Positions 1 through 28,120 of a stretch of DNA of 64,000 bases are shown here, piece after piece; positions within the stretch are counted from its first letter, which is position 1, and each line of letters opens with the position of its first letter. The translations under genes and the position numbers were made by a program. The notes below the pieces were generated by a model. The model was not told the origin of the DNA. It worked only from the letters and a program-made list of their open reading frames with translations, and made no database searches. The stretch lies in NCBI RefSeq assembly GCF_009914755.1, contig NC_060936.1; one strand, written 5' to 3'. The DNA comes from the human T2T-CHM13v2.0 reference genome, Homo sapiens.

Positions 1-198
1 TACTGTGAAGTAAGCACCCTGAAATTTGCTGAAGAAGGTCATGTTCATCTTAGCATTCCCCCAGGTAGCCCAGTGCCTTGCATGGCCACAGTGAGCACAC
101 GATATTACATGAGGAGAGCTGAGCTCCATTCCTAACCAAAGGAGTTAAGTTCAGGTGTGTCCCAGTGCAGAGATTGGGAGATGAAATAAAGAAAGCCT

Positions 199-476
199 GG
201 CCGGGCGCAGTGGCTCACGCCTGTAATCCCAGCACATTGGGAGGCTGAGGTGGGTGGATCACAAGGTGAGGAGATTGAGACCATCCTGGCTAACACGATG
301 AAACCCTGTCTCTACTAAAAATATAAAAAATTAGCCGCGCGTGGCGGCGTAGCGCCTGTAGTCCCAGCCACTCGGAAGGCTGAGGCAGGAGGCAGAGCTT
401 GCAGTGAGATGAGATCGTGCCACTGCACTCCAACCTGGGCGACAGAGCGAGACTGTCTCAGAAAAAAAAAAAAAGA
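199..476 (+). mobile_element. Alu with internal deletion; TSD aaagaaagcctg
   Basis: GGCCGGGCGCAGTGGCTCACGCC start, A tail, flanking direct repeat. Confidence 0.95.
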
Positions 477-670
477 AAAGAAAGCCTGAAATACGATGTA
501 GCCACAAAAAATAATGAGAAAGCTCTTTCTGATGTACTGATTTGGAATCATTTCGAAGATATATTATATATAGTATATATATTATATATTATAAGTAATA
601 TGGCATATAGCGTATGTTCCCCAGCATGTTCAATTACATAACACACTATGTCTGGACATAAAATTGGTAA

Positions 671-4590
<3,920 letters not shown>

Positions 4591-4819
4591 TGAATAAAGC
4601 TTTGTACTTTGAAAGTCTGACAAGGGGGAGAAGCCAGAATTTGTTGTGAAGACTGAATTCGGATTTTGGGCTAAGCCCAATGCTCTCATTTATTTCAGGA
4701 AGAATTAAACAGTGCAAAATAAGCTGAACTAACAGGGAAAGCGGGAACACTAACAATACCCTAAAGACTCAGTAACCTCTGCAAGGAGACCTGGACACTA
4801 GCCCTGGGAGTTGTCTTAC

Positions 4820-4993
4820 CCCGGTAAGAGGCCAACATGCACTGCAGGTAGGCATGCCTCACCGCAGATGTGGAGGTTTTAAGGCTGAAAGCTTTTTTGA
4901 ACCATTCAGTGAGCTTCTTGGGCACTTCCATAGTGAATCGGTTACACCAGAGAGCCAGGACTGAGACAGCGTGTACCAAGGTCCCTTCATGAA
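4820..4993 (-). CDS. GCN1: GCN1 exon 14 (VHEGTLVHAVSVLALWCNRF...MLASYR)
   Basis: TAG acceptor, G|GTAAG donor, 174 nt, in frame. Confidence 0.95.
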
Positions 4994-5237
4994 CTAGGGC
5001 AAAAAGCAGAAGTCCAGTCAGTCCAATGTCTTATAACCATGTCAAATCATTGCAAGCAGTGCAAAAAACAAGCCAGAGTACAAGCGGGAGGAAGCAGTGA
5101 TATTTCAGACAGCTACGAGCCTTGCTCTGAGGGAGGTGTGTCTTTAGGAGAGGTTTATGGAAGGAAAGCTCCAACTGTGAAAAACCACGGTCAAGGATGA
5201 GTACAGAACGCATGCTCACCATGTTGCACAGAATTAC

Positions 5238-5336
5238 CTTCCTGCTGAAGGAACGGGATGAACAGCTCAGCCACGATCCCATTCAGGACCTGACTGGAAG
5301 GTCCAGACACCACGTGATGACTGACGCTCCCAATCC
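5238..5336 (-). CDS. GCN1: GCN1 exon 13 (GIGSVSHHVVSGPSSQVLNGIVAELFIPFLQQE)
   Basis: TTTTAG acceptor, G|GTAATT donor, 99 nt, in frame. Confidence 0.95.
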
Positions 5337-5677
5337 CTAAAAGGCAGATTCCCTGTTCAGTCTCTTATCAGCACAGAACCACAGAGGCAAGTCTTCCCAC
5401 TGCTGCCACCTCCGCACTCTGGGTCACAGACCTCTTCTGTGTCTCCAGCAGGCATACCTCTCCTTTGGCCATTATTGATCTTCCTTCAATGCCCCCTCTA
5501 CACCTCCTGCCTTCTATAGAAGCCAAGCCTCCTGCTAGACCTGAACAAGTCCCTCTTGTCAAGCAGGCAAGCAGCAGGGTCCTGGGAGGCAGGCTGGACC
5601 CAAGATCGTCACAGGAGTCAAGATGCAAAGAAGGCTTCGCCTTACCTAAGAATTATGTTAAAGCTTATCTACTACTA

Positions 5678-6400
<723 letters not shown>

Positions 6401-6910
6401 TCACATTCACATATGCCACATTTCCCAAGAGAGTGAACAATGCAGTCACGTGTGTGATGCCACGATACGGTTTCTGATTCCAGAAGTAGCCTTTGTGTTG
6501 TGAAGCTGGGTTTAAAGCAACTTTTACTAGCCTTTTGCTTTCTGACTCAAAAAAGAATGTTCCTACAAAAAACTTGAGAAACAGAAAAAATATAAAGAAA
6601 AACATTTAAAAGGCACTCATGTCTCCACTACTCAAAGACATTTCTTTTCTGGTGTATTTCCTTTAGTTTTTTCTGCTATGCCTACAAAAATGTGTATCTT
6701 AAAAACGAAAAACCTGAGATCACCCCATCCACACCACCCCGTGCACGGTTTTGTTCATTCACACACATTCACATTCCAGTGTGACGTCCTCCTGGCCACA
6801 CAGCCTTGCCACAGGCAGACTTGGAGCATCAAGTCCCCTTCAGATCCCAGTTGAGGGAAATACCAGGGGCCACGCCTCAACCACCCGCATGGCCAAGAAG
6901 GCTTGCTCAC

Positions 6911-7039
6911 CTCCGAGGATAGCAAATAGGTGCTTGGTCAGGGATTCCATGGCCGAAGAGTCACTGCACTGGCGTGCCAGGTTCCGCAGTGCCAGCACAG
7001 CTTCATCCATCAGGCGGGGACTGTTGGATTTCAGGTGAC
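6911..7039 (-). CDS. GCN1: GCN1 exon 11 (GHLKSNSPRLMDEAVLALRNLARQCSD...FAILG)
   Basis: CAG acceptor, G|GTGAG donor, 129 nt, in frame. Confidence 0.95.
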
Positions 7040-7307
7040 CTGCACACACAAAGCCACTGCTCAGAAGCAGCCAACAACTGAGCATCCAGACTTTCGTCTT
7101 TGTCTTTTCCATGCCCCCATCTCTTCAGTATTAGCTGTTTGCTCTCATTCAAATAATCTCAAGAAAGAAACTGCCAATGCCAATGTAGTTTAGGTTAGGG
7201 CCTTATTACTACCCTGAGCTGTCCCCTACCCCTGCTACAACAATTAGGACAAGTACAACCAAACCCAAGGTGACACTTATGGGCTGGAGAGGGGCTGGGA
7301 TACTCAC

Positions 7308-7382
7308 CAGCCAGTCCTTTCACGATGTCCATGGCATACTGGCTGAGGTCAAGCGTCACTGATGCCAGCAGACTAGAAATAG
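7308..7382 (-). CDS. GCN1: GCN1 exon 10 (TISSLLASVTLDLSQYAMDIVKGLA)
   Basis: TTAG acceptor, G|GTGAG donor, 75 nt, in frame. Confidence 0.95.
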
Positions 7383-7941
7383 CTAAGGGGGACAGAAAGC
7401 ACTGACCATGTCAGTCTAAGCAATAAATTCAACAGATAATTTTGTTCCCCTACTTCCCAGCAAATGCCACTAGGCCTGCTGTCTGGCCCTTCATCTCTAC
7501 AGGCTACATGAGTAGTCCCAAAGCTCTGCTGAAAAGCTGTATACCTCCCCATCCCGATCAGCAAAAATTGCCTTTCCAACATCCCACCAACACATTTTAC
7601 TAAGATACACAGGGACAGAGACTCAACCCTCAGATCCCATGATTTCAAGTGCCACCTCCATACTAAGTCCAGAATGTCTACAGAGGAGGTTCTTAACCTG
7701 AATCGTCTCCAGAAAGTTCTTTTGGGGAGGTGGAGGGGTAAGAGGATATTTTGTTTTCTTCCACTCAACTCTGAAAGTGAACACTTGATATTTTCTGGGA
7801 ATCAGAACAATGGCTAGCACCTCCATAAAGCTATGAACTGATCCAGTGGGTTCTTGAACCCCTAAAATTATATGCAGTATTATTAATGGATATACTTTTG
7901 TGCATTCTTCTGACAAGACAGCCCATGACTTTTTCTCTTTC

Positions 7942-8437
7942 TTTTTTTTTGGACAGAGTCTGGCTCTGTCGCCCAGGCTGGAGTGTAATGGCATGATCTT
8001 GCCTCACTGCAACCTCCACCTCCCGGTTTCAAGTGATTTTCCTGCCTCAGTCTCCTGAGTAGCTAGGACTACAGGCATGTGCCACCACGCCTAATTTTTT
8101 TCGTATTTTTATTAGAGACAGGGTTTAACCATGTTGGTCAGGCTGGTTTCAAACTCCTGACCTCAGGTGATCTACCTGCCTCAGCCTCCCAAACTGCCGG
8201 GATTACAGGCATGAGCCACCGCGCCTGGCCTCTTGTTTTTTGAGATAGGGTCTCACTCTGTCACTCAGGCTGGATAGAGTGCAGTGTCGCCATCTTGGCT
8301 CACTGCAACTTCCACTTCCTGGGCTCAAGCTATCCTCCCACATCAGCCTCCCGAGTTGAGCTCCTGCGCTCAAGTGATCTGCCCACTGCCGCCTCCCAAA
8401 GTGCTGGGATTACAGGTGTGAGCCAATGCGTCTGGCT
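7942..8437 (-). mobile_element. Two antisense Alus in GCN1 intron 9
   Basis: Alu consensus on the - strand. Confidence 0.9.
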
Positions 8438-8611
8438 TTCAACATAATCGCAAAAGGTCCCCAATCTCTCTCCCAAGGTCCCAACAAGGTAAACAATGAA
8501 TACATCCCCCTTCCCTCCCCCCTACCACACACACTTCTTGTTGCCAAATATCGAGAATAGAGATATAGGCAACTCATCTCCCTCCCACCATCCTGGTTGA
8601 CAGCAACCTAC

Positions 8612-8720
8612 TTTCAATAACATTCTCTGGACTCCTCAGTAAGGACTTCTGTATGGTGGGCAGTATCAGATCCTTAAATTCTGAGTGGGACAGGTATCGG
8701 AGCAGAGGGGCACAGCTATC
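8612..8720 (-). CDS. GCN1: GCN1 exon 9 (DSCAPLLRYLSHSEFKDLILPTIQKSLLRSPENVIE)
   Basis: TTTGTAG acceptor, A|GTAGG donor, 109 nt, in frame. Confidence 0.95.
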
Positions 8721-8848
8721 CTACAAAGAAAAAGGAATAAGGCACCTAGCCCTCATGGGAACGGACCAAGAAGCAAAAAAGAGTTCAGCATCCCAGAATT
8801 GAAAATGGGATCAGTTGTCCAGGTGAGTAACGTCCACCTCTCGCTCAC

Positions 8849-8917
8849 CAACAGGTACTTCGGAGGCTTGACTTTGCTCATCAGGATGTTCTTCATGTAA
8901 AAGTCCAGTAGGGCGCT
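8849..8917 (-). CDS. GCN1: GCN1 exon 8 (SALLDFYMKNILMSKVKPPKYLL)
   Basis: TCTCTAG acceptor, TTG|GTGAG donor, 69 nt. Confidence 0.95.
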
Positions 8918-9059
8918 CTAGAGAACACAAAGCTCTGGTTAGATCCTGACATTCTCAAGTATCTCATCACTGGCCTAAGGGGTCCCTCTTGTGAGAGTGC
9001 CTCCAAAAAATACAAATCAATGCCCCAAATTTCAGTGTTAAGCATAGAGGTCCCACTGA

Positions 9060-9560
9060 TCACGCAACCCCACTTAAAACCCTTCCACAGCTTTCCATGG
9101 CCCCCGGGATAAAGTCCAAAGTCCTTCGTATGGCTTATAAGGTCCTGCCCACCACTCAGCTGGCTGCATCTCACTCTAACCCATTCCTGCCACTCCAACC
9201 CCGCTCGCCTCCTCTCTGTTCCTGCCCACAGGCTGCTTCCTCTGCCCAAAATGCTCTGCCTCACCTCTTGACCTTGCTAATTCCTCTTCACTCTCAAAGT
9301 TCCTTCTTTAGAGTGATGTGTTCTCTGACCCACAGCCTAAATCAGGTCCTTCCATTGTGGAGTCTCACGACTTCTCACACTTTCCCTTTGTAGCACATAC
9401 TAGTTATAATTAGCTAGACTATCTGTTTAATGTCAGTTTCTCAGACTCAGTTCCATGGGGGCAGGGGTCATAGCTCCCTTACTCGCTGGTGTACCCCCAA
9501 CACCGAGCACAGTGCCTAGAACATGGCAGCCACTAAATTGGGATGAATAAGTGACTGCAT
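9060..9560. mobile_element. L2-like LINE fragment
   Basis: Degenerate L2 3' motifs (ataaagtccaaagtcctt, agcacagtgcctagaacat, gatgaataa). Confidence 0.6.
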
Positions 9561-9789
9561 GAACAAGCAAACTATCACCCAAGCCAGAAACAGAAGGGAA
9601 ACTTTCCAGCTCCTAGAAGTTCATGTATCATGGCAAAAGGCCAGAGTCTCACATGAGAAAACCAACAAGTTTCAGATAAGGTCAACAGCTAGGGTCACCA
9701 GGGCAAAGCAGGTTCCCATTCCTTCCCTCCAGCGAGCTCCCAACATCCCCAACATAGCAAACCCACAGTCACTCTGCCTTGGCACTTGC

Positions 9790-9924
9790 CTTGTGCTGAC
9801 TGACCACGTCCATCTCCTTGTGACTCGTGCAGAACTGCACCAGCAGCCCCAGCATGCCAGCATAGTTCTGGTTGGGCTCTAGGCTGAGAATGGCTGACAA
9901 GTACTGTTCCACCAGCCCGGGGTT
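9790..9924 (-). CDS. GCN1: GCN1 exon 7 (NPGLVEQYLSAILSLEPNQNY...VVSQHK), GC-AG donor
   Basis: CTTCAG acceptor; AAG|GCAAGT donor; 135 nt keeps frame with exon 8. Confidence 0.92.
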
Positions 9925-10016
9925 CTGAAGAGGAAAGTGCCAGGCAGGTGTTTAAGATGGCAGTGGGGGAGTGGCATGGAAGAAGCAATGCCCACCAGCC
10001 CCTGCAGTCCTGTCAC

Positions 10017-10115
10017 CTCTTTCCACAGCTTCGTGAGTTTCTTCACAGCACCATCCACGGCGTGCTTGTGGGAGCCACCCAGCACCTCCAGCAAGAGCAG
10101 GCACTGCACTTCCAC
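10017..10115 (-). CDS. GCN1: GCN1 exon 6 (VEVQCLLLLEVLGGSHKHAVDGAVKKLTKLWKE)
   Basis: CAG acceptor, GAG|GTGAC donor, 99 nt. Confidence 0.95.
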
Positions 10116-10318
10116 CTGCCAGGACCAGGGAAGACTCAGGTCAAGGTGGGACATGAGACTGAGGGTCCCATGGCTCTCATAGCCTGTAAAGACCTCCATC
10201 AGACCCTCCAAATCCTGGCTTCATCTCCACTCAGCCTCTCCCACTCAACTCCAGCCAGCTCCTCTTCCCTCCACCCCACACATTTAGTTCTGTCCTTTAA
10301 CGACACTGTTCCCACTAG

Positions 10319-14121
<3,803 letters not shown>

Positions 14122-14730
14122 TCATGACCTACACTAAAAAACCACTCCTCATGACCTACACTAAGCCTACCCAGGCACATGTCTGCTCTGCTCACCTCCC
14201 AACCTGGTGAGCAGACATGGGGAAAGAAAAAGAAGAGAATATGGAAGGAGCAGGTAGAGAATGGAAAGAGGGAATTTAAGAACCAAAACCAAGACAAAAA
14301 ATCCATTCCATTCACCAGTTCAACACTGAAATCAAACACAGGGAATGGAATGATCAGCCAGAAAAACACCAAGAGGATTTACACTATGATATTTTCTAGT
14401 CTACTTGATTTTTGGCTGTCTTCCCAACTCTGGCCTGTCACGGCTTCCACACATGCCATGAAATCAGGGGCCTCATTTCTGTTGTGCATCACTGCATTTC
14501 TAGTGCCTAGCACCATGCCTGACAGAGAAGCTCCAAAATGTCTAATACACCAAACAATGTGATTATGCTGCACTCATGGCCATCCACCAAAGCCACACAC
14601 CTCGGGACAACTCAGAGTGTCTGGTCACCCAGCACCCAGAAAAGCACTTGGCACCAAGAAGGTGCTGAAACATGCTCTAACTCCTGGCAGAAAGCTGACC
14701 CTTGCTACTTCAGAGACACAGGGAACCTAC

Positions 14731-14839
14731 CAGTTTGTTCCAGATGTCTCCTTGTCGCTTGGCTCTCGATGGAAAGACAATGCGCACCAGGAGGCAGGTC
14801 CAGGTCAAGGCCAGCAAGGCGGCAGAGCCACTGCTCTTA
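14731..14839 (-). CDS. GCN1: GCN1 exon 5 (SKSSGSAALLALTWTCLLVRIVFPSRAKRQGDIWNKL)
   Basis: CTGCAG acceptor, CTG|GTAGG donor, 109 nt. Confidence 0.95.
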
Positions 14840-15273
14840 CTGCAGAGCAGAGTTGGGGATGAGTTCAGAGCAGCAGCCTCCACCTTGAGGACGAACACTG
14901 TCCCTAAGGCCCCGCCTGGTAATGCAGGACCCTCCCTTCACCTCATGGAACAGAACTTGAAACAAGTTCCCCACAAACCATCTGTGGCAATTCAGGACAA
15001 GAAGTCCAGGCTTCAGTGGCCAAACTCCCATCTCTTGGCACTGACAACTATAAAAACAAACAGATGGCTTCCACCATTAGGGGCCTGGTGGGCAACTGGT
15101 TCCCCTCAAAATGGCCTTGCTTCCACTGTTTCCCAACCCTGCTCCTCGGGAAAGTGGTTTTCTCCACTAAGCTTGCTATCCTGGCTCCTCCCTCTGGTGC
15201 ACAGTCAACTGCATCAGCTTCTCCTGAGCAGGACTGTACCAATTCTCAGGGGGCCACAACTTTTACCTCTTAC

Positions 15274-15405
15274 CTGGGAACACCTGCTTTGGAGCCTATA
15301 CCAGAAGACTGCAGAGAGTGTAGAAGGTTCTTAGCAGTGGCTTCTGGCTGGGCCTCAGCCAACTGCTGGATGGCTGCCTGCAAGGCCCTGCGGGAGGCTG
15401 CATCT
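15274..15405 (-). CDS. GCN1: GCN1 exon 4 (DAASRRALQAAIQQLAEAQPEATAKNLLHSLQSSGIGSKAGVP)
   Basis: CCTAG acceptor, AG|GTAAG donor, 132 nt. Confidence 0.95.
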
Positions 15406-15985
15406 CTAGGGGGAGAGGCAAAGGAAAGGGTGAACATGCAGACCTCAGGCAGAGGCAGGGGCAAGGCTGCTCAGGCCATACACTGGTCTTTCTCAGGAGA
15501 AACTGATCACACCATATTCCAGTGGATAACAGAGAAGGGATTAGGAAATAACTAGATAAACTCACCTCCTCCTAGAGTTCTAAAAGTATCTCATAAGGGC
15601 AAATAAGCCATTGAGTGTGTAAGGGCAGCACCTACATTTATGGAGCAGTTATAAGGGTCTCAAAGTAGGCCAGACGATTTAACACACATGACTAAATGGC
15701 AGCATAAACACATTGACCACTATGGCACAGCAGGCAACTGTTCCAGGCACCTCACGCTTACTAACAACCACCCATGAGATAGAGAATGGCACCATCCCCA
15801 TTCTGCAGACAAGGAAACTGAGGCACAGAGAGGTTAAGTAACTTGCCCAGGATCTAATGGCTAGGATGTGACATAGCCCAGATTTGGCACCAGGCAGTCT
15901 GGCTCTAATCTGGGCTCTAACCACTACTCTAAATCCCCTCTCTGTACAAAGTGCTCCACATATGGGGCCTTTGGCTGGGACTCAC

Positions 15986-16049
15986 CTATATCGATGCAGA
16001 GTCAAGCAGAACAATTTGCAGAGCCCCTTCACTGCTCCCTCTGGAAGAT
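15986..16049 (-). CDS. GCN1: GCN1 exon 3 (DLPEGAVKGLCKLFCLTLHRYR)
   Basis: TTTCAG acceptor, AG|GTGAG donor, 64 nt. Confidence 0.95.
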
Positions 16050-16758
16050 CTGAAACCAGAGATTACACAGACAGCGGTCAATAAAAATCACTTGGTAAGC
16101 CGCTGGAGTCAGGTATTCTGCCCAGACATGATCTCAGCCCACTGGACACTCCCCATATATTTAAGACCTTCCTCCCCAAGAGGAAAAAGCAACAACAAAA
16201 CAGGACTCTAGGAAAATGCCTGGTACAGAAAAGCTTTGGGTAGCCATTTGCTAAATGAACGAAACTAAGAAAATAAAAGTGGCCTCGAAACCTCACATGC
16301 CATCAAGAGGAGGTTCAGGAGTGCTGGAATGGTTCTACTTCTTGATCTGGGTGCTGGTTATACTGGTGTTTAACATGTGATGATTCAGTGAGCTGTTCCA
16401 TTAGGAGGCGTACCTTTCTTCACATACATTCTAATAAACGGTTTAAAAAACAGTGCAACACTGAAGTACTATGAGGGACCAGAAAAGGGAAGAACACCTA
16501 TAACTGGAGTGTTTCTGAAAGTCTGAAGGACACATAAGCTTGGCCTATCAGATTAGTAGGCTCTGGAAAAATGGAAAGAGAGGGAGATACATGTAGAGTG
16601 CAGGGTTAAGAAGGCATAATACCTATTCAGAACACATGAAGAAGAAGAGAGGACTAATAACACCCTAGCTCTTAGTGCTTACAAGATGCCAGACCCTGCT
16701 CTAGATCATTCATACACATTCACTCATTTAATCCATGTAAGGTGGGCAGTGTTATTAA

Positions 16759-21420
<4,662 letters not shown>

Positions 21421-21461
21421 CAATGAATATTGTCCAGGGTATGTGGATGAAAAATAAATAC

Positions 21462-21564
21462 CTTTTCCAGCAACACACTTCCCAAGTTCACTGAGGATTT
21501 CTCTCCGTTCCTTTACACTGGCTGTTGTCACCTTCCCTGCAAAACGCTTTAGTGTCTCGGAAAC
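21462..21564 (-). CDS. GCN1: GCN1 exon 2 ([34 protein letters not shown])
   Basis: CACAG acceptor (phase 0), G|GTATTT donor, 103 nt. Confidence 0.95.
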
Positions 21565-21661
21565 CTGTGAAGGCCAAGCAACAGAAAAATTCACTAGTCA
21601 GACTATAAAACTATGAGTGTGTGTGTTGAGGGGTGGGTGTAGAATTTGGGGATCTCTCTAA

Positions 21662-21856
21662 CCTGGGGTTTCTCAACCTCCCCACTGGTGACATTTTGCA
21701 CCGGGTAATTCTGGTTGTGGGGGCCGTGTTTTTAGCAGCATTCCAGGTCTCTACCCACTCGATGTCAGTAGCAGCCCACCTTCCCCACCCGCCCCAGTTG
21801 TGACATTGTCAAATGTCTCCTGGCAGGCAAAATCACTCCCACTTGAGATGTACTGC
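21662..21856 (+). mobile_element. MER20-like hAT DNA transposon
   Basis: tttctcaacct...tttagcagcat...ctctacccactcgatg...ccccagttgtgaca...aaaatcactccc. Confidence 0.75.
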
Positions 21857-23609
21857 TTTAATTCAACTAGTCAACAAATCAATATACCTTATTTAAACTT
21901 TGGCAATAAGAGGAAAGGCAAAGACCTCTGAAAAGAAAATATCCCTTCAGAACTACCCAAAATCTAGCAAGGGCCTGGTACGTGCCAACTATGTTCCCTT
22001 TACATTATCTCACTTTAACCTCCCCATAAAGGGAATGTCAGCATCCTGGCAACTCACTGGCAGAGGATAAGCACACTGGCTAAAGGGGGAAAGGTTAGGA
22101 GATTGGATCCCAGCTCTGCCTTTTACTAGCTGTAGAAACTTAGTCAAATAATGTCACTCCCCCAATCTTCAGTTTTCTCATCTATAAGATGCGGACAATA
22201 GCAGCTACCTCATATGACTGTTATGGAGCTTAAATGAGATTGCGTATAAGGTGCATCTACTCTCATCCCAAGCAAAAAGTTGGCTACTACTACCAAAAAG
22301 CCTGCAAGGGAGGCATCAGTATCCCCATTTTATAGGCGATGAAGAAAACATCTCCAAGAGAGGAAGTCACTGCTCAGAGTGGGGTCGAGAGCCACAGCAC
22401 CTGCGTTTTTGAAACTAACTTTGAAACCAAACAGGTCTATAAACTGATGCTAACAAATCTTTAGCTTTCAACAGCCATCGAGTTACCACAGCTGCAGTCC
22501 CCTGCATAGGGACATAAGCATAAGACCCAGTGATGGGGGGCAGTTTGCAAACATCCCTGAAAATCTGCTCTTGAGCAATATTCTACAAGCTACCAAGTGG
22601 ACAGGTTGTGGATTCATAAGCCGTAGAGCAGGGCATGATAAGGCTCATGTAACTTAACACAGTGGGGTTATCATGTTTTTCTTTTGAGGGTATTTCAAAG
22701 GCAGGCCTTATCAGTAGCGTAAGAGTCAAGCGTACACACAGAAATAAAATAATGCTGAGTTTTTCGTGCTTAAATCCCTGCCATAATTCTATTGGCAATG
22801 AATAAAAGAAACTGATGTCCAAAACTGTCTTCTACATAAATAATGTAGTTTTAACTTTAAAATGTCTTTTGTTTTTATAGTCATAGATGCACACAGAGTC
22901 AAAACCAAAGAGTTCTGAGAAGTCTGCCATAAAAACCAGTCCCTTGCCCTCACTCTCCATGGGCAACCCTTAGGTTGATCTGGTGGATATTTGGGTAGTT
23001 ACCTCCATATATCTAAGTATCTCTAAATATGGAGGTAACTTGCATGTGCTTCTTGATTTTTCAGTTTTGCTACCTTTCCACCACAGCTCCCTTTCCTGCT
23101 GTGACCCCATCGCACACCCTCCCCATTTCCCCAGTGGAAGTCCCCAGTTTCACATACAGGCTAGGTCAGTAGTCAGTGATTACATTATATGTAAATGGCA
23201 TTCAACATCCATTTAATAAACTCTGATTCTTCCCAGCTTTTTTATGCCCCTGGTGTTAATAATTACCCTTTCCCACCTCACTTCAGTTTGACTTGTTTTA
23301 TCTGTTCTTATAAATAATTAAAACCCAAACTTTTTGCCATTTGTCTAAATCTCAGTACATTTAGGGAGATCAGGTATTCCATCAAATTCCACCTTCCTAA
23401 GGAAATCTCTCCCAGAGTTTTCTGACCTGCCCCAATTAGGCATGTGATCCTCTACAGCTGGGGCACAGTTTATCACCCTGAACATGTACTTTCTTGTGTT
23501 TGGGTGAAGCACAGCCTCCATTTTGTAAACTCCTTGCAAGTATGAAAATGTTCTGGCCAAATACAGAATTCTAGGTTGAAATCATTTTCCTTTAGAATAC
23601 TGAAGACAA

Positions 23610-24845
<1,236 letters not shown>

Positions 24846-25589
24846 GATTTTTCCCTCAAGTGAGTATCAATGTTAAACATTCAGCATGTATTCCCCTAAC
24901 CCTCTCATACTAAGCTTTTCTTTCTAGTATTCAGTACAACATAACTTGAACATCAGCCACCTGCATAGGAGTCTCAGTAAATGTCTTTTTGAATGCTTAA
25001 GTGGTCATTTTCTGGGCCTACACATAAAAATCAATCCCATCACCCTGGAGACACCAAATCAGCCCAGCTGTCCTTAGACACCTGTTCTTCCCCTGCCTCA
25101 TGACAATGTCTTTTCACCTTAAAACATAACAACTGGGTGGAGGAAAAGGTTTTCCCAGGTCCTTCCTGAACTACAAGGTACCCATAGGTAACACTCTTCC
25201 TGGACAGGACAGTTCTTTTCACTAACCCTGGATCTGATAACAACCAACATATATCAAGCCGTATTTTATCTCACTGAACCTTCACAACAACCTTTTAAGA
25301 TAAGTATTGTTTTAACTTCATTTTATAGATGAAAAGGCAGACTTGGCGGGGTTAAGTCACTTGTTTGGCATGTCACAGAAATCGACGAGCAGGAACTCAA
25401 GCCCAGATCTGTATGAATCCAAAGACTACACTCAAAGTCCCTGCTCATAGTAGGTGCTCAAAGAATATTTGCTGAATACAAAGTTTAAGGAAGACTTGGC
25501 GTTGGCCCGGGGCTCACAGCCGGAGGGCTTTGGAGAAAAGAAGTAGAGGCTCGGTAAAGTGAACTTCTGCAACTCTGGGGTCGGGCAAA

Positions 25590-26190
25590 GGCCCCGCCGA
25601 GCTCCAGCTGCTGAAGTCGAGGCGGGAGCCCCGGACTCCTCGAGCCCGCGGTCTGCCTGCGCCGCCCGGGCCGGGCCAAGCCCGCAGCCCTGAGAGTCCA
25701 GCCTGAGACGGCCCCGAGACTACGACCTCCACAGCCACCACCTCCAACGCCCCTAAGCCGAGGAGCGAGAGGGGCCCCGCCCGACGGCCACCGTCCGCAC
25801 CCAGTCCCTGGCCGCGTTGGCCCCGCAGCCGCCCGCCTCACCTGCGTGTCCGCCGCCATCCTGCCGGGGCTGACTCCGGAACCGCTTCCGGAACGCTTCC
25901 GGGTCACAGCGTGGCCCACGCGGCAGGGCGAGGCCGGGAGCCAGCGGGGGCAGGGCCCCGGGCTTGGTGCCCCCGGGCAGGACGGCGGCCGCTGCAGCCC
26001 GGGCAGCCGGATCACGGGCTTAAAGTTGGCCCGCGCCCGAGCCACAAGGCCTCCTCCCCAGGGCCCGCTCTTCAGCCCCGGGCGCCTCGTGGGAGACTAG
26101 CGCTTGTAACGTGGTGAGCCCGCGGTGTAACGCTATGGGCCCGCCTTGCAGCCCCTGACCCACTTCCAGCCCGCAGGGCCAGCCCTACGT
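25590..26190. promoter_or_regulatory. GCN1: CpG island / GCN1 promoter with tandem ETS (CCGGAA) motifs
   Basis: High CpG and GC density; tccggaaccgcttccggaacgcttccggg at 25875-25903 just upstream of the ATG. Confidence 0.85.
25842..25859 (-). CDS. GCN1: GCN1 exon 1 coding part (MAADTQ)
   Basis: Strong Kozak AGGATGG, CAG|GTGAGG donor, within a CpG island; matches the known GCN1 N-terminus. Confidence 0.95.
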
Positions 26191-26656
26191 GGGCCTTTCC
26201 TGAGTGATGACTAAGTTCTTTAGAAAAACAAGTGTTGCTTCCTAGATAGCAGGAACTGAAAACTAGGTAAAAGAGTCGGTGAACTAGTCTTTTGTCCTCA
26301 GTTTGTAGTTCAGTTGGCGGATGACTTGTACAGGGTTAGCAAACGTGGCTGGATACGGAGGTCAGGGAAGGTTCAGAACTGAACGAGGCCCCTGCCCTGG
26401 GGAAATGCTGGACGCCCCAGGCTGGGAGTTTTGAAGGCCACAGGGCAAGAGGCTACGTGCAGACGTGGCTGCAATTTAGGGAACAGGGTCTCCACAGCTT
26501 AGTTGTCAGCCCTGTTAGCAGTGGCTTTCAAACCTTTGACACAGACCTAGTTAGAATGAATATATCATGTTCCAGCAGACAGATCTCTAAGTGAAATACA
26601 GGAATCACAACAAAAACACCTATTCTCAGCAGATGCTGCTTTCTCTTTAAATACTG

Positions 26657-27843
<1,187 letters not shown>

Positions 27844-27884
27844 TACAAAATTAAGAGTCCAGAGACTTTTTAAAGAAGTAAGCC

Positions 27885-27890
27885 TTTATT
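27885..27890 (-). terminator. RPLP0: RPLP0 polyadenylation signal AATAAA
   Basis: tttatt on the + strand, about 50 nt past the stop codon. Confidence 0.9.
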
Positions 27891-27937
27891 TCCTTGTTTT
27901 GCAAATAAAACTGGCTAAGTTGGTTGCTTTTTGGTGA

Positions 27938-28120
<183 letters not shown>

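Noticed and set aside
558-600. AT-rich quasi-palindrome (TATATA runs)
   Set aside because: Low-complexity simple repeat with no other support
14702-15555. 210-aa and 179-aa + strand ORFs
   Set aside because: Antisense to GCN1 exons 4-5, non-ATG starts, no recognisable domain
25485-26045. 186-aa ORF containing MAADTQ, suggesting an N-terminally extended GCN1
   Set aside because: Starts at GTG upstream of the likely TSS and runs through the exon 1 donor; CpG-island ORF artefact
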